From IMG/VR virus record IMGVR_UViG_3300013004_000026, positions 96,001-160,000 of that record: a stretch of DNA of 64,000 nt; one strand, given 5' to 3'. The position numbers and the translations under genes are program-made. Position 1 is the first letter of the stretch. Each line of letters starts with the position of its first letter. Shown piece after piece: positions 1 through 8,438 of this stretch. Under the pieces are notes generated by a model. It had not been told where the DNA came from. It ran no database searches and saw only the letters and a program-made list of their open reading frames with translations. Source of the stretch: a virus.

Positions 1-959
1 CTTACATACAATTTGATCAACATACCAGCTGCCATGTCTGCTTGACTTTCAATATCAGCTAGGTCTTGGGTAGCGTATGTGTTGCCATCTTCGCGTTGCT
101 TGTGATGTGCCAGTTCGTGAGCCACAGTACGCATGATATCAATCATGTTTCTATTTCCTGTGTACACCCACAGCTTGCCAGTGTCAGGTCTATAATAACC
201 AGTACGATTCTGATCAGGCGCTTCTTTTTCCTGCTGAAATTCAATCCCTGGCAACGAGTCGGTGATGTGTAACTTTTTCTTGACCCAGCTGATAAAATGT
301 CCCATTCTGTCAGGATCAAAAGATTCTTTGAGATCTTGATCCTGTGTGGCCACTGGTAAACTTCTATCTACACTTTTCAACTGTTGGGGTTGGTGTTCTA
401 TTTCTTTACGGATGATGGCCATTGCTCTTTGCAGTCCCTTGAGTACAATTTCAAGACTGTCTTCATCTGCTTGATATTTTATACCCACACCGCCGGCTGC
501 TTCCCAGGCAGTGATGTTGCTGCCCCGGTCATCTATTAGAACATTGGGTGTGCCATCGGGCTGAATGGCATGTTTGGCCTTGTTAGGCGTTATGATCACT
601 TGTGCAGGCTGTGTGCTTAGATTTTCTTTCAACCAAACTTTTTTATGGTGTGCGCTGTTGGCATGATCGCCTCGCAAGGGGCTGGAGCAAATGTTGTAGT
701 GCCCAAAAATTTTAATTACCATGTTTACCAAGGCATCTGCTGTGGGAAACTTTGGCAAACGAGCAAAGAAATCCGTACCAATCATTTTGTTCAGTGTAGG
801 ATCAGTTTTGGCTGCAGGAATGTTTCTGTAGTTATAACGACCACTGCCGTCTTTGGGATTACCAGCAAGTTTGGCATACTCTTCAAAAAAGTCGCAGAGA
901 ACTCCGTCCATGTCCAAGAACACTTCGCTTTTGCCTTTGAGAAATTCTTTACTCTGCAT
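1..959 (-). CDS. HAD-family 5'(3')-deoxyribonucleotidase fused to a C-terminal HExxH zincin domain (3' end runs off window; absent from ORF track)
   Basis: Manual translation from ATG 959: MQSKEFLKGKSEVFLDMDGVLCDF...NVLIDDRGSNITAWEAAGG (HAD motifs I and IV), then ...RTVAHELAHHKQRE...IESQAD; open to base 1. Confidence 0.8.
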   Translation of the reverse strand, partial: MQSKEFLKGKSEVFLDMDGVLCDFFEEYAKLAGNPKDGSGRYNYRNIPAAKTDPTLNKMIGTDFFARLPKFPTADALVNMVIKIFGHYNICSSPLRGDHANSAHHKKVWLKENLSTQPAQVIITPNKAKHAIQPDGTPNVLIDDRGSNITAWEAAGGVGIKYQADEDSLEIVLKGLQRAMAIIRKEIEHQPQQLKSVDRSLPVATQDQDLKESFDPDRMGHFISWVKKKLHITDSLPGIEFQQEKEAPDQNRTGYYRPDTGKLWVYTGNRNMIDIMRTVAHELAHHKQREDGNTYATQDLADIESQADMAAGMLIKLYV

Positions 960-1767
960 GTATAACTTTCAATATCACGGTGTTAAGATGGTTTTCTAGT
1001 TCTGTAAACAATTTGTGTTTTAGAGTGCTGCAAAAAAGTTCTGCATGAGCGGCTGCTCTTCGTTGAGCTATTCGCTTGTAACTGCTGGAGTCTACCCATT
1101 GTTTTATTTCATCAGCTAATGCTAAATTTCTAGCTTCATAGTTTTCCATCACTTCTAGTGATAATTTATTGACTATGTCTAATACCAATTTGTGCCAGTG
1201 CAAGGGCAGTTCGTCTAACAATGCATCCAACAGAATAACATGATTACCTTTTTTTAACTGTAGTCCAGACAGCATACATTTAGCATGATAATGTTCGCGA
1301 ATGAATCTAAAAAGAGTATCGTTGTCTATCCAACTGTTAGCAGACTCTACAAATTTTTGTACTACCATGGCATGCTTGATCTCTAGAATGTCTAGATCAA
1401 AATGCAAACTCAGTATCGGAATATTTTTCCGCACATCGTTTAGTTCAGGCATCTGGAGCCAAAATTCTAGATCTGGATGTTGTTGTCTAAACTGCAAAGG
1501 CGATACTGGGTTGTTGTTTTTGTTATTAATACAACTGCCATGCAACAGAGCTATTTTTGCATTTATATCAAAATAGCGTTGGTGGTCACTTACTGAATAT
1601 ATTGGTGCCATGCTCTGAACAAATTTTGACAAAAACTGTTGATGCTTGTAACACTTCTCAATCGGAATATCCTGTGATTCAAAAGTACCAACAGTGCTGC
1701 TATCGTTCAACACATGAACTGCAATACCATTCTGATTCAAAATTTGAGTGCGAACAAAGTCAACCAT
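949..1767 (-). CDS. hypothetical protein
   Basis: 272-aa ORF overlapping both neighbours in operon fashion. Confidence 0.6.
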   Translation of the reverse strand: MVDFVRTQILNQNGIAVHVLNDSSTVGTFESQDIPIEKCYKHQQFLSKFVQSMAPIYSVSDHQRYFDINAKIALLHGSCINNKNNNPVSPLQFRQQHPDLEFWLQMPELNDVRKNIPILSLHFDLDILEIKHAMVVQKFVESANSWIDNDTLFRFIREHYHAKCMLSGLQLKKGNHVILLDALLDELPLHWHKLVLDIVNKLSLEVMENYEARNLALADEIKQWVDSSSYKRIAQRRAAAHAELFCSTLKHKLFTELENHLNTVILKVIHAE

Positions 1768-2473
1768 GCCGTTGCTCCAGACTCATTTCGCGTGTTTTGA
1801 TATCAGTTATACGCTGTTTGAGATCACCAAGATCTCCTTCGGCCCGCAAAATCTTGAAAACCAAGTTTTCAGGACTGAATTCTCCGCCCCGGGCCAGACC
1901 AGCCTTGCGCATGTCGCGTATGCTCTGCCATAGACTGTTTATGGTCATAGCGTCATCATCTTTGAGAGCTTGTGCTATTCTACCTTTGTAGGTTTTGTAC
2001 TTTTGTTCTACGCTGGCATCATCCACCGTGGCCTTGGTCTGCTTGGGTTTTTGAATCCAGCGATCGTTGAGCAAACTGAATATGCCCATGCTATGATGTG
2101 GCTGTTCAACATCCTGTACATAAAGTTCCACATCATACCCGTGAATCTTAAAGTCAAATTGGTCGTTGTACTGGTATTTTTTTGCGTCGAACAGTTCGCG
2201 AAGTTCTGGGTCATGTGCATCTGGTATTACCACAACCAAATGTAGATCAATATCGCTGTTGGGAGTGTAGGTGTAGGCTGCGTTTGATCCACTTACTGTA
2301 ATGTCCACTAGATCAAAATTTTCAACACCAATAAACTGCTGAAAATCTCTAGCAATCTTCAGCAGTTTGTTGCGCACATCAGGCAGCATTTGCCCGTCGC
2401 GCCATAGGGCAGGATTCAGTGATTCATGAAATATCACTGCCTGCGATAGCTTGTCAAATTCTTGTAAACGCAT
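1760..2473 (-). CDS. Pol-beta superfamily nucleotidyltransferase
   Basis: hGS-x10-DhD motif (VSGSNAAYTYTPNSDIDLH) plus a third acidic strand (DVELY); TAAATA box at 2492-2497. Confidence 0.8.
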   Translation of the reverse strand: MRLQEFDKLSQAVIFHESLNPALWRDGQMLPDVRNKLLKIARDFQQFIGVENFDLVDITVSGSNAAYTYTPNSDIDLHLVVVIPDAHDPELRELFDAKKYQYNDQFDFKIHGYDVELYVQDVEQPHHSMGIFSLLNDRWIQKPKQTKATVDDASVEQKYKTYKGRIAQALKDDDAMTINSLWQSIRDMRKAGLARGGEFSPENLVFKILRAEGDLGDLKQRITDIKTREMSLEQRHG

Positions 2474-2528
2474 TGTTGCACCCTGATCGTGTATTTATTG
2501 CAGGATGCAATAGCTGTTAATTTGAAAA

Positions 2529-3119
2529 TTAGCGGTTTTCTAGCACCCGATCTGCTAGTCCATATGCAACTGCTTCGGTTGCGTTCATGAAAAAATCTCG
2601 TTCCATGTCAGCAGCGATTTCGTCAAATGTGCGCTCTGCACTGTTGTGCTGTACATACACATCTGTTAGAGTATGCTTCATTTTGAGTATTTCTCTAACC
2701 TGAATTTCCATGTCTGTGGCTTGCCCGCCAGCACCGCCCGAAGGCTGATGAATCATGTGTCTTGCATGAGGAAGTATGAGTCGTTTGCCCGCGGCGCCTG
2801 CTTGTGCTAATAAACTACCCATAGAACAGGCCTGCCCCATCACAATAGTACTCACACTTGGTTTGATAAATTGCATGGTATCATAGATGGCCATACCTGC
2901 TGTGACCACACCACCTGGGCTATTGATATAGAACAAGATGTCTGTGTCTGGATCTTCGCTTTCAAGATACAGTAGCTGAGCCACAATCAAACTGGCACTG
3001 TGTTCATTTACATCAGTGTCCAACATCACAATACGATCTTTGAGCAAACGACTGTACAAATCATAACTGCGTTCGCCTGCTGAAGTGCGTTCAAGCACCA
3101 TGGGTACCAAATGTGGCAT
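2529..3119 (-). CDS. clpP: ATP-dependent Clp protease proteolytic subunit
   Basis: [25 protein letters not shown] (catalytic Ser), MIHQP (His), ERD (Asp); SD AGGAG. Confidence 0.97.
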   Translation of the reverse strand: MPHLVPMVLERTSAGERSYDLYSRLLKDRIVMLDTDVNEHSASLIVAQLLYLESEDPDTDILFYINSPGGVVTAGMAIYDTMQFIKPSVSTIVMGQACSMGSLLAQAGAAGKRLILPHARHMIHQPSGGAGGQATDMEIQVREILKMKHTLTDVYVQHNSAERTFDEIAADMERDFFMNATEAVAYGLADRVLENR

Positions 3120-3130
3120 CGAAATCTCCT

Positions 3131-3173
3131 AGTTGAATTATAGTGAATTATAGTGAACTATAGTTAATTATAG
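3131..3173. repeat. ~4 imperfect tandem copies of a 10-bp unit (tagtgaatta) upstream of clpP
   Basis: agttgaatta tagtgaatta tagtgaacta tagttaatta tag; the minus strand reads CTATAATTAA CTATAGTTCA CTATAATTCA CTATAATTCA. Confidence 0.8.
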
Positions 3174-3180
3174 CAGTGAT

Positions 3181-3696
3181 CTAGGTTTTGCGCAAGTCTT
3201 GATGGCGGAACCAGCGTTTTTGTCCATGAGACTGTTTGAGAGTCAGTTGCCAGTCTTCAAACACATCTCGCCAGAGAAAAAAACTTGGGCCATGAGCACC
3301 GCTGTTGAGATGCATTTCTCGTCCAAATCGTTCTTTATGATCCCAACGATATATGTCCCACTGCCATTGGTGTACCATTTCATGCGCCAGTGTGTTGCAA
3401 AACCATTGGGGACAAAACCACTTGTCATAAAGTTCTATGGTACACCAAGTTCCGTTTTTGTTCCAGCCGCCTTTGCGTTGTCGTGTGTCTTGCCAACTGC
3501 AACGACCCCAGGCCTTTTGCAAAGTGCCAAGTGTAATGTTAGGTTGGGTCAGGGCGTTGTCAAAAATGTAACGATTAATAGCCCTATATAATGAATCCAC
3601 TTCTTGTGGCTCAGGGCGATAGGGTAATTTTTTTTGAACACTGATGCCAGGCAATCCTGCGTTCATATATTGGGTTATTAAATGTGGACGCCCCAT
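3181..3696 (-). CDS. SprT-like zinc metalloprotease
   Basis: TLAHEMVHQWQ...AHGPSF motif pattern. Confidence 0.85.
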   Translation of the reverse strand: MGRPHLITQYMNAGLPGISVQKKLPYRPEPQEVDSLYRAINRYIFDNALTQPNITLGTLQKAWGRCSWQDTRQRKGGWNKNGTWCTIELYDKWFCPQWFCNTLAHEMVHQWQWDIYRWDHKERFGREMHLNSGAHGPSFFLWRDVFEDWQLTLKQSHGQKRWFRHQDLRKT

Positions 3697-3759
3697 AGAA
3701 AAAGCCCTCCGCTGACAGTATTTACTACTGCACTGGGAGGGCTTTCTATATTGCTTAAA

Positions 3760-4323
3760 TTACTGCTTGTCCAACTCGCGGAAAGCTTCTGTAGCGCGGC
3801 CTGCGGTGCCCTGGCGGATTTTTTCATCCACCTTTTCACGGCGTAACACATTGGCTTCACCCATGGGCAGAGCTACTAGCACATAACTACGAAAACGAGT
3901 GCCTTCGCTCACACGCTTGACCTCTACTACTTCTGAGCCAGTTACATCAACCTTGCGACACATGGCACGAATAGCCATTTCACTGTTTTCTGCAGAGGTC
4001 TCGCCCACATCCTGACGGAACACACGACTCTGCTTGTCTACTTCGCCACCTGCTGCTATACAGATTTTACCAAATGCAATTACCTTGGCTTTTTCATCTG
4101 CCATGGCAAAGTCTGGGCTAGTGGCTGTGCCTGCGGCGTAAACTGCACTCTTGCTTTCAGGCAGTTTTTCCATCCACTTGGGAGCTTTGTCAATGGCTCG
4201 TTCGGCATACTTTTCTTGCCGTTCGCGCTCGGCATCGGCTCTGCGTTGATAAGGGTCGCTGCTGGTACTAGAGCAACCAACCAGTGTCAGCACCATTGCG
4301 CCAATTGCTAGTTTGAGTTTCAT
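3760..4323 (-). CDS. lipoprotein (LPP20-like)
   Basis: Lipobox LVGC; PKW...YAAGTA...A.EKA pattern. Confidence 0.65.
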   Translation of the reverse strand: MKLKLAIGAMVLTLVGCSSTSSDPYQRRADAERERQEKYAERAIDKAPKWMEKLPESKSAVYAAGTATSPDFAMADEKAKVIAFGKICIAAGGEVDKQSRVFRQDVGETSAENSEMAIRAMCRKVDVTGSEVVEVKRVSEGTRFRSYVLVALPMGEANVLRREKVDEKIRQGTAGRATEAFRELDKQ

Positions 4324-4332
4324 AGTGTTTCC

Positions 4333-4455
4333 TTATTTAGATTTAATCCAATCACCTGCTTTGCGCAGATCTTCACCTGCACCACCAACTGCACCACCAA
4401 CTGTGCCACAGCCTGTTAGAATAAAAGCCACTGTCAAAATTACAAGTTTTTTCAT
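4333..4455 (-). CDS. entericidin EcnA/B-like small lipoprotein (40 aa; not in ORF track)
   Basis: MKKLVILTVAFILTGCGTVGGAVGGAGEDLRKAGDWIKSK; lipobox LTGC and G-x-G-x-D pattern. Confidence 0.7.
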   Translation of the reverse strand: MKKLVILTVAFILTGCGTVGGAVGGAGEDLRKAGDWIKSK

Positions 4456-4488
4456 TTACGACCCCTTGGGTATAGTTTACACAATCAT

Positions 4489-4517
4489 AGTTTAACAAAA
4501 ATGAAATTATTTGTCAA
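4489..4517 (-). promoter_or_regulatory. sigma70-type promoter TTGACA-17-TAAACT
   Basis: Consensus -35 with 17-nt spacer upstream of the 4455 gene. Confidence 0.75.
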
Positions 4518-5100
4518 TCGAATGTATCCATTTTTCTGCAACATACCATTGTTCACGATTGATCCTGCAGATCACACCTTCGCTTTGGACCAAGCCACCT
4601 TGGCCCATGGGTACCGTTTCAGTGAACCATCTGCACTCTGTGCCTTTGTGTTGAAAACTTTGGCGTTTGGCCAAGTCCCAATGTGGTGCAACCTGACTTT
4701 CTTTCACAGTTTCGTGTTTTTTAACCGGACGCCATTTGGGAATTTCTTGATCAGTGCATATTAATTCTTGATGCATGCTGGCGGTACTGCCAGCTGCTTC
4801 TTGTAGAATTTGGCTGTTGCCATAGTCCTGAGCTTGGACGCACAGTTGTTCTACATTTGCAGACCCTGCGTTGAGCGCGGTGCCCTGGGCAGTGTGCCAC
4901 TGGCCAGCAATCATAACACGAAATGTTACTGTGCAAGAAATTTGGCCATTGAGGCGTTTCACTTCTCGCTGTACATCAGCAGTGCGCTCAATGCGTTCGC
5001 GAAATTGGTTCAGTGTAACACTCTTGTAGTAACATTCAGCAGATACCGATGCACTACACAAAGCCAACACACCAGCGATTATTTTTTTGTTTGGCACCAT
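4507..5100 (-). CDS. secreted Cys-rich hypothetical protein
   Basis: Signal peptide ending ASVSA; several Cys. Confidence 0.65.
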   Translation of the reverse strand: MVPNKKIIAGVLALCSASVSAECYYKSVTLNQFRERIERTADVQREVKRLNGQISCTVTFRVMIAGQWHTAQGTALNAGSANVEQLCVQAQDYGNSQILQEAAGSTASMHQELICTDQEIPKWRPVKKHETVKESQVAPHWDLAKRQSFQHKGTECRWFTETVPMGQGGLVQSEGVICRINREQWYVAEKWIHSIDK

Positions 5101-5432
5101 GTCTCTAAGTAATTGATTTTTCTTCGCGCCACAGCCTGGTTCCAGCCCTGTGCATGGCTGCGCCGCTCAGCGTAGGTTCCGTCGGCCATGCTGTAAATGG
5201 CACCGCCGGTACTGTTGACTATTTGGTAATTTGTGATACGCCATGCAGGATTGGGGATTTGCCGTTTCAACAATGCAATTTGCTCGTCCTTGTTGTTGCA
5301 ATCAACAACAAAATTCTCAAGGTCCTGCAAAGGCATCAACGCCACTCTAGTGCCTGGTGCGCTGGCGCAACCGCTTAGTATCAGCGCCGTCGCGATGACA
5401 CTGGCTGTACACAGGTGCTTTTTATAGTCCAT
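5079..5432 (-). CDS. lipoprotein
   Basis: Lipobox LSGC. Confidence 0.65.
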   Translation of the reverse strand: MDYKKHLCTASVIATALILSGCASAPGTRVALMPLQDLENFVVDCNNKDEQIALLKRQIPNPAWRITNYQIVNSTGGAIYSMADGTYAERRSHAQGWNQAVARRKINYLETWCQTKK

Positions 5433-5653
5433 ATTAGATTCTTTGCATTAGCAACATATCTGCGTTCGTAATCAGAGCGTTCTGGATTGTATACACCTGC
5501 AGCCAGTTGATGTTCTAACCAACGCACCTGGATGGCTGCATTGGTACAATCTGGACGCATGGTGCTTAAATCATCTCGCTCCACCAAAGGAGGTGGTACA
5601 GTGGCACAACCACTCAGTGCCACACACCCCAGTATCAACCAGCGCGGTACCAC
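5381..5653 (-). CDS. lipoprotein
   Basis: Lipobox LSGC; D-C-x-N...Q-I/V-x-x-L pattern shared with the 5079-5432 protein. Confidence 0.6.
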   Translation of the reverse strand: MVPRWLILGCVALSGCATVPPPLVERDDLSTMRPDCTNAAIQVRWLEHQLAAGVYNPERSDYERRYVANAKNLIWTIKSTCVQPVSSRRR

Positions 5654-5790
5654 AACATCACTCCGCGCAGAGCTGATTCGGCCTGCTCACGTTTCACACC
5701 AGTTTCCTGGACCACAAAACGCACTGCCCGATCAAAAGACATTTGACGACCAAAGATAGCCGTGTTAGCGGCCTGCTCAATTTGACTCAT
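5635..5790 (-). CDS. small hypothetical protein (51 aa)
   Basis: MSQIEQAANTAIFGRQMSFDRAVRFVVQETG...; SD GGAG; ATGA overlap with the upstream gene. Confidence 0.6.
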   Translation of the reverse strand: MSQIEQAANTAIFGRQMSFDRAVRFVVQETGVKREQAESALRGVMLWYRAG

Positions 5791-5960
5791 GATTCTCCAT
5801 TTAACAAGTTAGAGGTTTTCTCGTGCTTGGGCCGACGAGAGTAAGCCTTTTTGTTTTCTACTCTTTTTGGCTTGAAAGGCGTGCCAACAGCAAACAGTAC
5901 CATGTGGGCACGAGTACGCGGGCGAGGCATTTCAAAACAAATTGGAGTAGTCTTTTTCAT
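5787..5960 (-). CDS. small basic protein, ArfA-like (57 aa; not in ORF track)
   Basis: ...LFAVGTPFKPKRVENKKAYSRRPKH...; has its own sigma70 promoter. Confidence 0.55.
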   Translation of the reverse strand: MKKTTPICFEMPRPRTRAHMVLFAVGTPFKPKRVENKKAYSRRPKHEKTSNLLNGES

Positions 5961-5969
5961 GATGTTTGT

Positions 5970-5998
5970 AGTTTAACGAAATGAGTATTTACTGTCAA
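5970..5998 (-). promoter_or_regulatory. sigma70-type promoter TTGACA-17-TAAACT
   Basis: -10 box ends 9 nt before ATG 5960. Confidence 0.75.
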
Positions 5999-6000
5999 CC

Positions 6001-6174
6001 TTATTTGAATTTGGCACTGAGCAAGCCGCCCAAGAGCACAGCCGCGGCCCAGGTATTAAGAGTGTAAGGAATTAACAGTGCCGGAAACAGAGTATTCAAA
6101 CTCCATACAATCAGCAAAGGACCTGCAGCCAACACCAGCAATATACCAATCACAATACCAATTTTGAATAGCAT
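6001..6174 (-). CDS. small two-TM membrane protein
   Basis: Hydrophobic 57-aa ORF; SD GAGG. Confidence 0.65.
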   Translation of the reverse strand: MLFKIGIVIGILLVLAAGPLLIVWSLNTLFPALLIPYTLNTWAAAVLLGGLLSAKFK

Positions 6175-6203
6175 GTTTACCTCTTTGAAATAATCTAGCT
6201 CAT

Positions 6204-6232
6204 AGTGTAGCAAAACTAGCATTAAGTGTCAA
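6204..6232 (-). promoter_or_regulatory. sigma70-type promoter TTGACA-17-TACACT
   Basis: Consensus -35 with 17-nt spacer. Confidence 0.7.
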
Positions 6233-6235
6233 CCT

Positions 6236-6264
6236 AAAAAAAAGCTCCATAATATGGAGCTTTT
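6236..6264. terminator. intrinsic terminator
   Basis: A-run, AAAGCTCCAT-aat-ATGGAGCTTT, T-run. Confidence 0.8.
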
Positions 6265-6294
6265 AGTGTTGCAAAATTAACAACTGTTGCAAGA

Positions 6295-6453
6295 TTAGTA
6301 ACAATCACGAAACTGTCTATAAGTCCATTGTTTGTACAAAATTTCCAAATCTGCTTCGCTTTGTGGATTACGACTAGCTATCCAACTTTCAAACTCACTA
6401 GGGGTGCGAAACATCTCTTGAACTCTTTCCCAAAGGCCCTTGACAGTGATCAC
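6295..6453 (-). CDS. small hypothetical protein (52 aa, GTG start)
   Basis: MITVKGLWERVQEMFRTPSEFESWIASRNPQSEADLEILYKQW...; GTGA overlap with the phasin stop. Confidence 0.55.
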   Translation of the reverse strand: MITVKGLWERVQEMFRTPSEFESWIASRNPQSEADLEILYKQWTYRQFRDCY

Positions 6454-6734
6454 TTGCTCTTGGCTGGTGTAAAGACCTTGGCAAAAGATTCAGCAGTTTC
6501 TGAAAAGTACTTGCTGTAGTCGTATTTGGCAGTTTCTTGTGCCGCTTTTACCATTTCTTTACCCATAGTTGTGAATGCATCTGTGCTAACTTTTACTGCG
6601 GTCTTGGCAGATTGAGCCTGTGCTTCGACCAAGTCTGACAGGGTCTTGGCAATTGCTTCGTTTTGAATAAACTTGATTGCTTGCTTTTGTGCAGTAGTAA
6701 CTGTGTCGATAACAGTGTCTGTAGTGTTGAACAT
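6450..6734 (-). CDS. phasin-like (PHA granule-associated) protein
   Basis: Ala/Lys/Thr-rich amphipathic helical 94-aa protein; strong SD; TGC-rich box upstream. Confidence 0.55.
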   Translation of the reverse strand: MFNTTDTVIDTVTTAQKQAIKFIQNEAIAKTLSDLVEAQAQSAKTAVKVSTDAFTTMGKEMVKAAQETAKYDYSKYFSETAESFAKVFTPAKSK

Positions 6735-6916
6735 GTTTTTCTCCTTTAGACGAAATGTTCCAATTTACTTGATGACCCAGAATTGGCGTCATGTTTCTAT
6801 TGTACATTTATTTATGCGGCAGTGCAACATATAAACACAGATTTTTTCTCCGAAGCCTAGTGAGTGATCACTAAATAATTAACTATCCATAAAACTTACT
6901 TCGAAGGAGATCAAAA

Positions 6917-7219
6917 ATGGAAATTCTGTTACTACTTGTAGCGGTTGTGGTAGTGGGTACTATCTGGTACATTAGCACCCAATCTACTAAATCTAAGCCT
7001 GCCCAACCAGCGGCACCTTACAAGGTCGAAGCGCCTGCTGCTCAGGAGTCCACACCAGTGGCTGAGCCCGCAAAGGAGGTGATTACTGAGACTGCTTCCA
7101 AACCTGGCAAGGCCAAAAAGGCCCCTGCCAAGAAGCCTGCAGCCAAAAAAGCTGTCAAGCCCAAGCAGGCGGTCAAAAAGCCCGTGCCGGCCAAAAAGCC
7201 AACAAAACCCAAGAAATAA
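6917..7219 (+). CDS. membrane-anchored protein with histone H1-like PAKK-rich tail
   Basis: N-terminal TM; KKAPAKKPAAKK repeats; SD AAGGAG; TAAATA at 6872. Confidence 0.75.
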   Translation: MEILLLLVAVVVVGTIWYISTQSTKSKPAQPAAPYKVEAPAAQESTPVAEPAKEVITETASKPGKAKKAPAKKPAAKKAVKPKQAVKKPVPAKKPTKPKK

Positions 7220-7243
7220 AAAAGCCCCGAAAGGGGCTTTTTT
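7218..7243. terminator. bidirectional intrinsic terminator
   Basis: AAAAAAGCCCC-GAAA-GGGGCTTTTTT between convergent genes. Confidence 0.9.
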
Positions 7244-7252
7244 AATGACTTT

Positions 7253-8293
7253 CTAAATTACACCTAGTTTTTTAGCATGGGTATAAACTTGCTCACTGGC
7301 AAGATTTTTACCTTTGGCTTCACACATGATATCGCCCCACTCTAGATGCGATACTGCCCATTCGTTCACACGCTCATTCCAATAAAAGTCGCTGTGTGCT
7401 CTGAGCTTTTGCTTTTTATAACCTCCATCAAGGAGTCCAGCAAGATCGGGAGAAGTTCTGGAGCAATGATCCACAAGAATATCTTCGCGACTAATACTGT
7501 AATGCAAAGCAGGACGAGTACCACGCCAAGAGTCAATAACCCTGCAAACACGATCATCCGTTGCCAGGATGTAGTCGCCATTCGAGTTGATCCAATGATG
7601 GTGAAGGTCAAGAACAAGAGCCACATGTTCACCAACAGCAAGAGTACAGTCCAATCCATTTGTCATCTCATCATTCTCAATGGTTATAAGATTCCGTGCT
7701 TCTGGAGTCAAGCGACCCAGTGTTTGCAGAAACTTTGCTGGCCCACCTTTACCAGACAAATGCACATTGATCTTGAAGCCATGATCATGCCATGACGCAC
7801 CGTAGCCCATCCACCGTGCCATGTCAACGTGATATTCAAATTCTAAAATACTGCGTTCTACAATTTCGGCCGACTCACTAGCCAACACACAGAACTGTCC
7901 AGGATGGAAGCTGAGTCGTACATCTAGTCGTCTAGCAGTTTCGCCAATGGGTGCAAAGATCTTTTCACAATGCGCCTGCACCTCAGCTCGTTGCCACCAG
8001 GTGATCCAGTCTTTTTCAGTGTAGCCTTGTAGCATTTCTGACCCCAGTCGCACCATTCTGCGTTCTGCAGGCAGTGTGGCCACACGCTCAATCAGTCGCA
8101 CAGCCGCGGCAGCGTTGTGGTTCATGATGTCCCACTGTCGTTGTTCGGCCTCTTCAGGATGCTCACGCAACCAGCGCATGGTGGTACTACGACCGTTGAG
8201 TTCACGGTCCACAGCATTGACTTTCATTCCGCCACATTCTGACGGGTCGTTCAACCATTTACAAGCAAAGCCAATTCGTTTTGTTATTGCCAT
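7253..8293 (-). CDS. uvsE: UV damage endonuclease UvsE/UVDE
   Basis: RIGFAC, RLSFHPGQFCVL, INVH, IENDE, LDLHHH, HYS, RAHSD, DIMCEAKGK motifs. Confidence 0.93.
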   Translation of the reverse strand: MAITKRIGFACKWLNDPSECGGMKVNAVDRELNGRSTTMRWLREHPEEAEQRQWDIMNHNAAAAVRLIERVATLPAERRMVRLGSEMLQGYTEKDWITWWQRAEVQAHCEKIFAPIGETARRLDVRLSFHPGQFCVLASESAEIVERSILEFEYHVDMARWMGYGASWHDHGFKINVHLSGKGGPAKFLQTLGRLTPEARNLITIENDEMTNGLDCTLAVGEHVALVLDLHHHWINSNGDYILATDDRVCRVIDSWRGTRPALHYSISREDILVDHCSRTSPDLAGLLDGGYKKQKLRAHSDFYWNERVNEWAVSHLEWGDIMCEAKGKNLASEQVYTHAKKLGVI

Positions 8294-8403
8294 GGGTCTT
8301 TATCTTCAAAAGTTTCAAGGATTTTGGTAAGCAGGAACATAACTATACCGGCTATGCAACCGGCAAAAAGCACTAGCAACATGAAGTCAGTAAAGTTGTC
8401 CAT
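8284..8403 (-). CDS. small single-TM protein (39 aa), probably leaderless
   Basis: MDNFTDFMLLVLFAGCIAGIVMFLLTKILETFEDKDPWQ; ATG lies 6 nt after the -10 box. Confidence 0.55.
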   Translation of the reverse strand: MDNFTDFMLLVLFAGCIAGIVMFLLTKILETFEDKDPWQ

Positions 8404-8409
8404 ATGTGG

Positions 8410-8438
8410 AGTATACGCGAAAAAAGATTATTTGTCAA
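8410..8438 (-). promoter_or_regulatory. sigma70-type promoter TTGACA-17-TATACT
   Basis: Near-consensus; upstream of the small ORF and uvsE. Confidence 0.8.
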
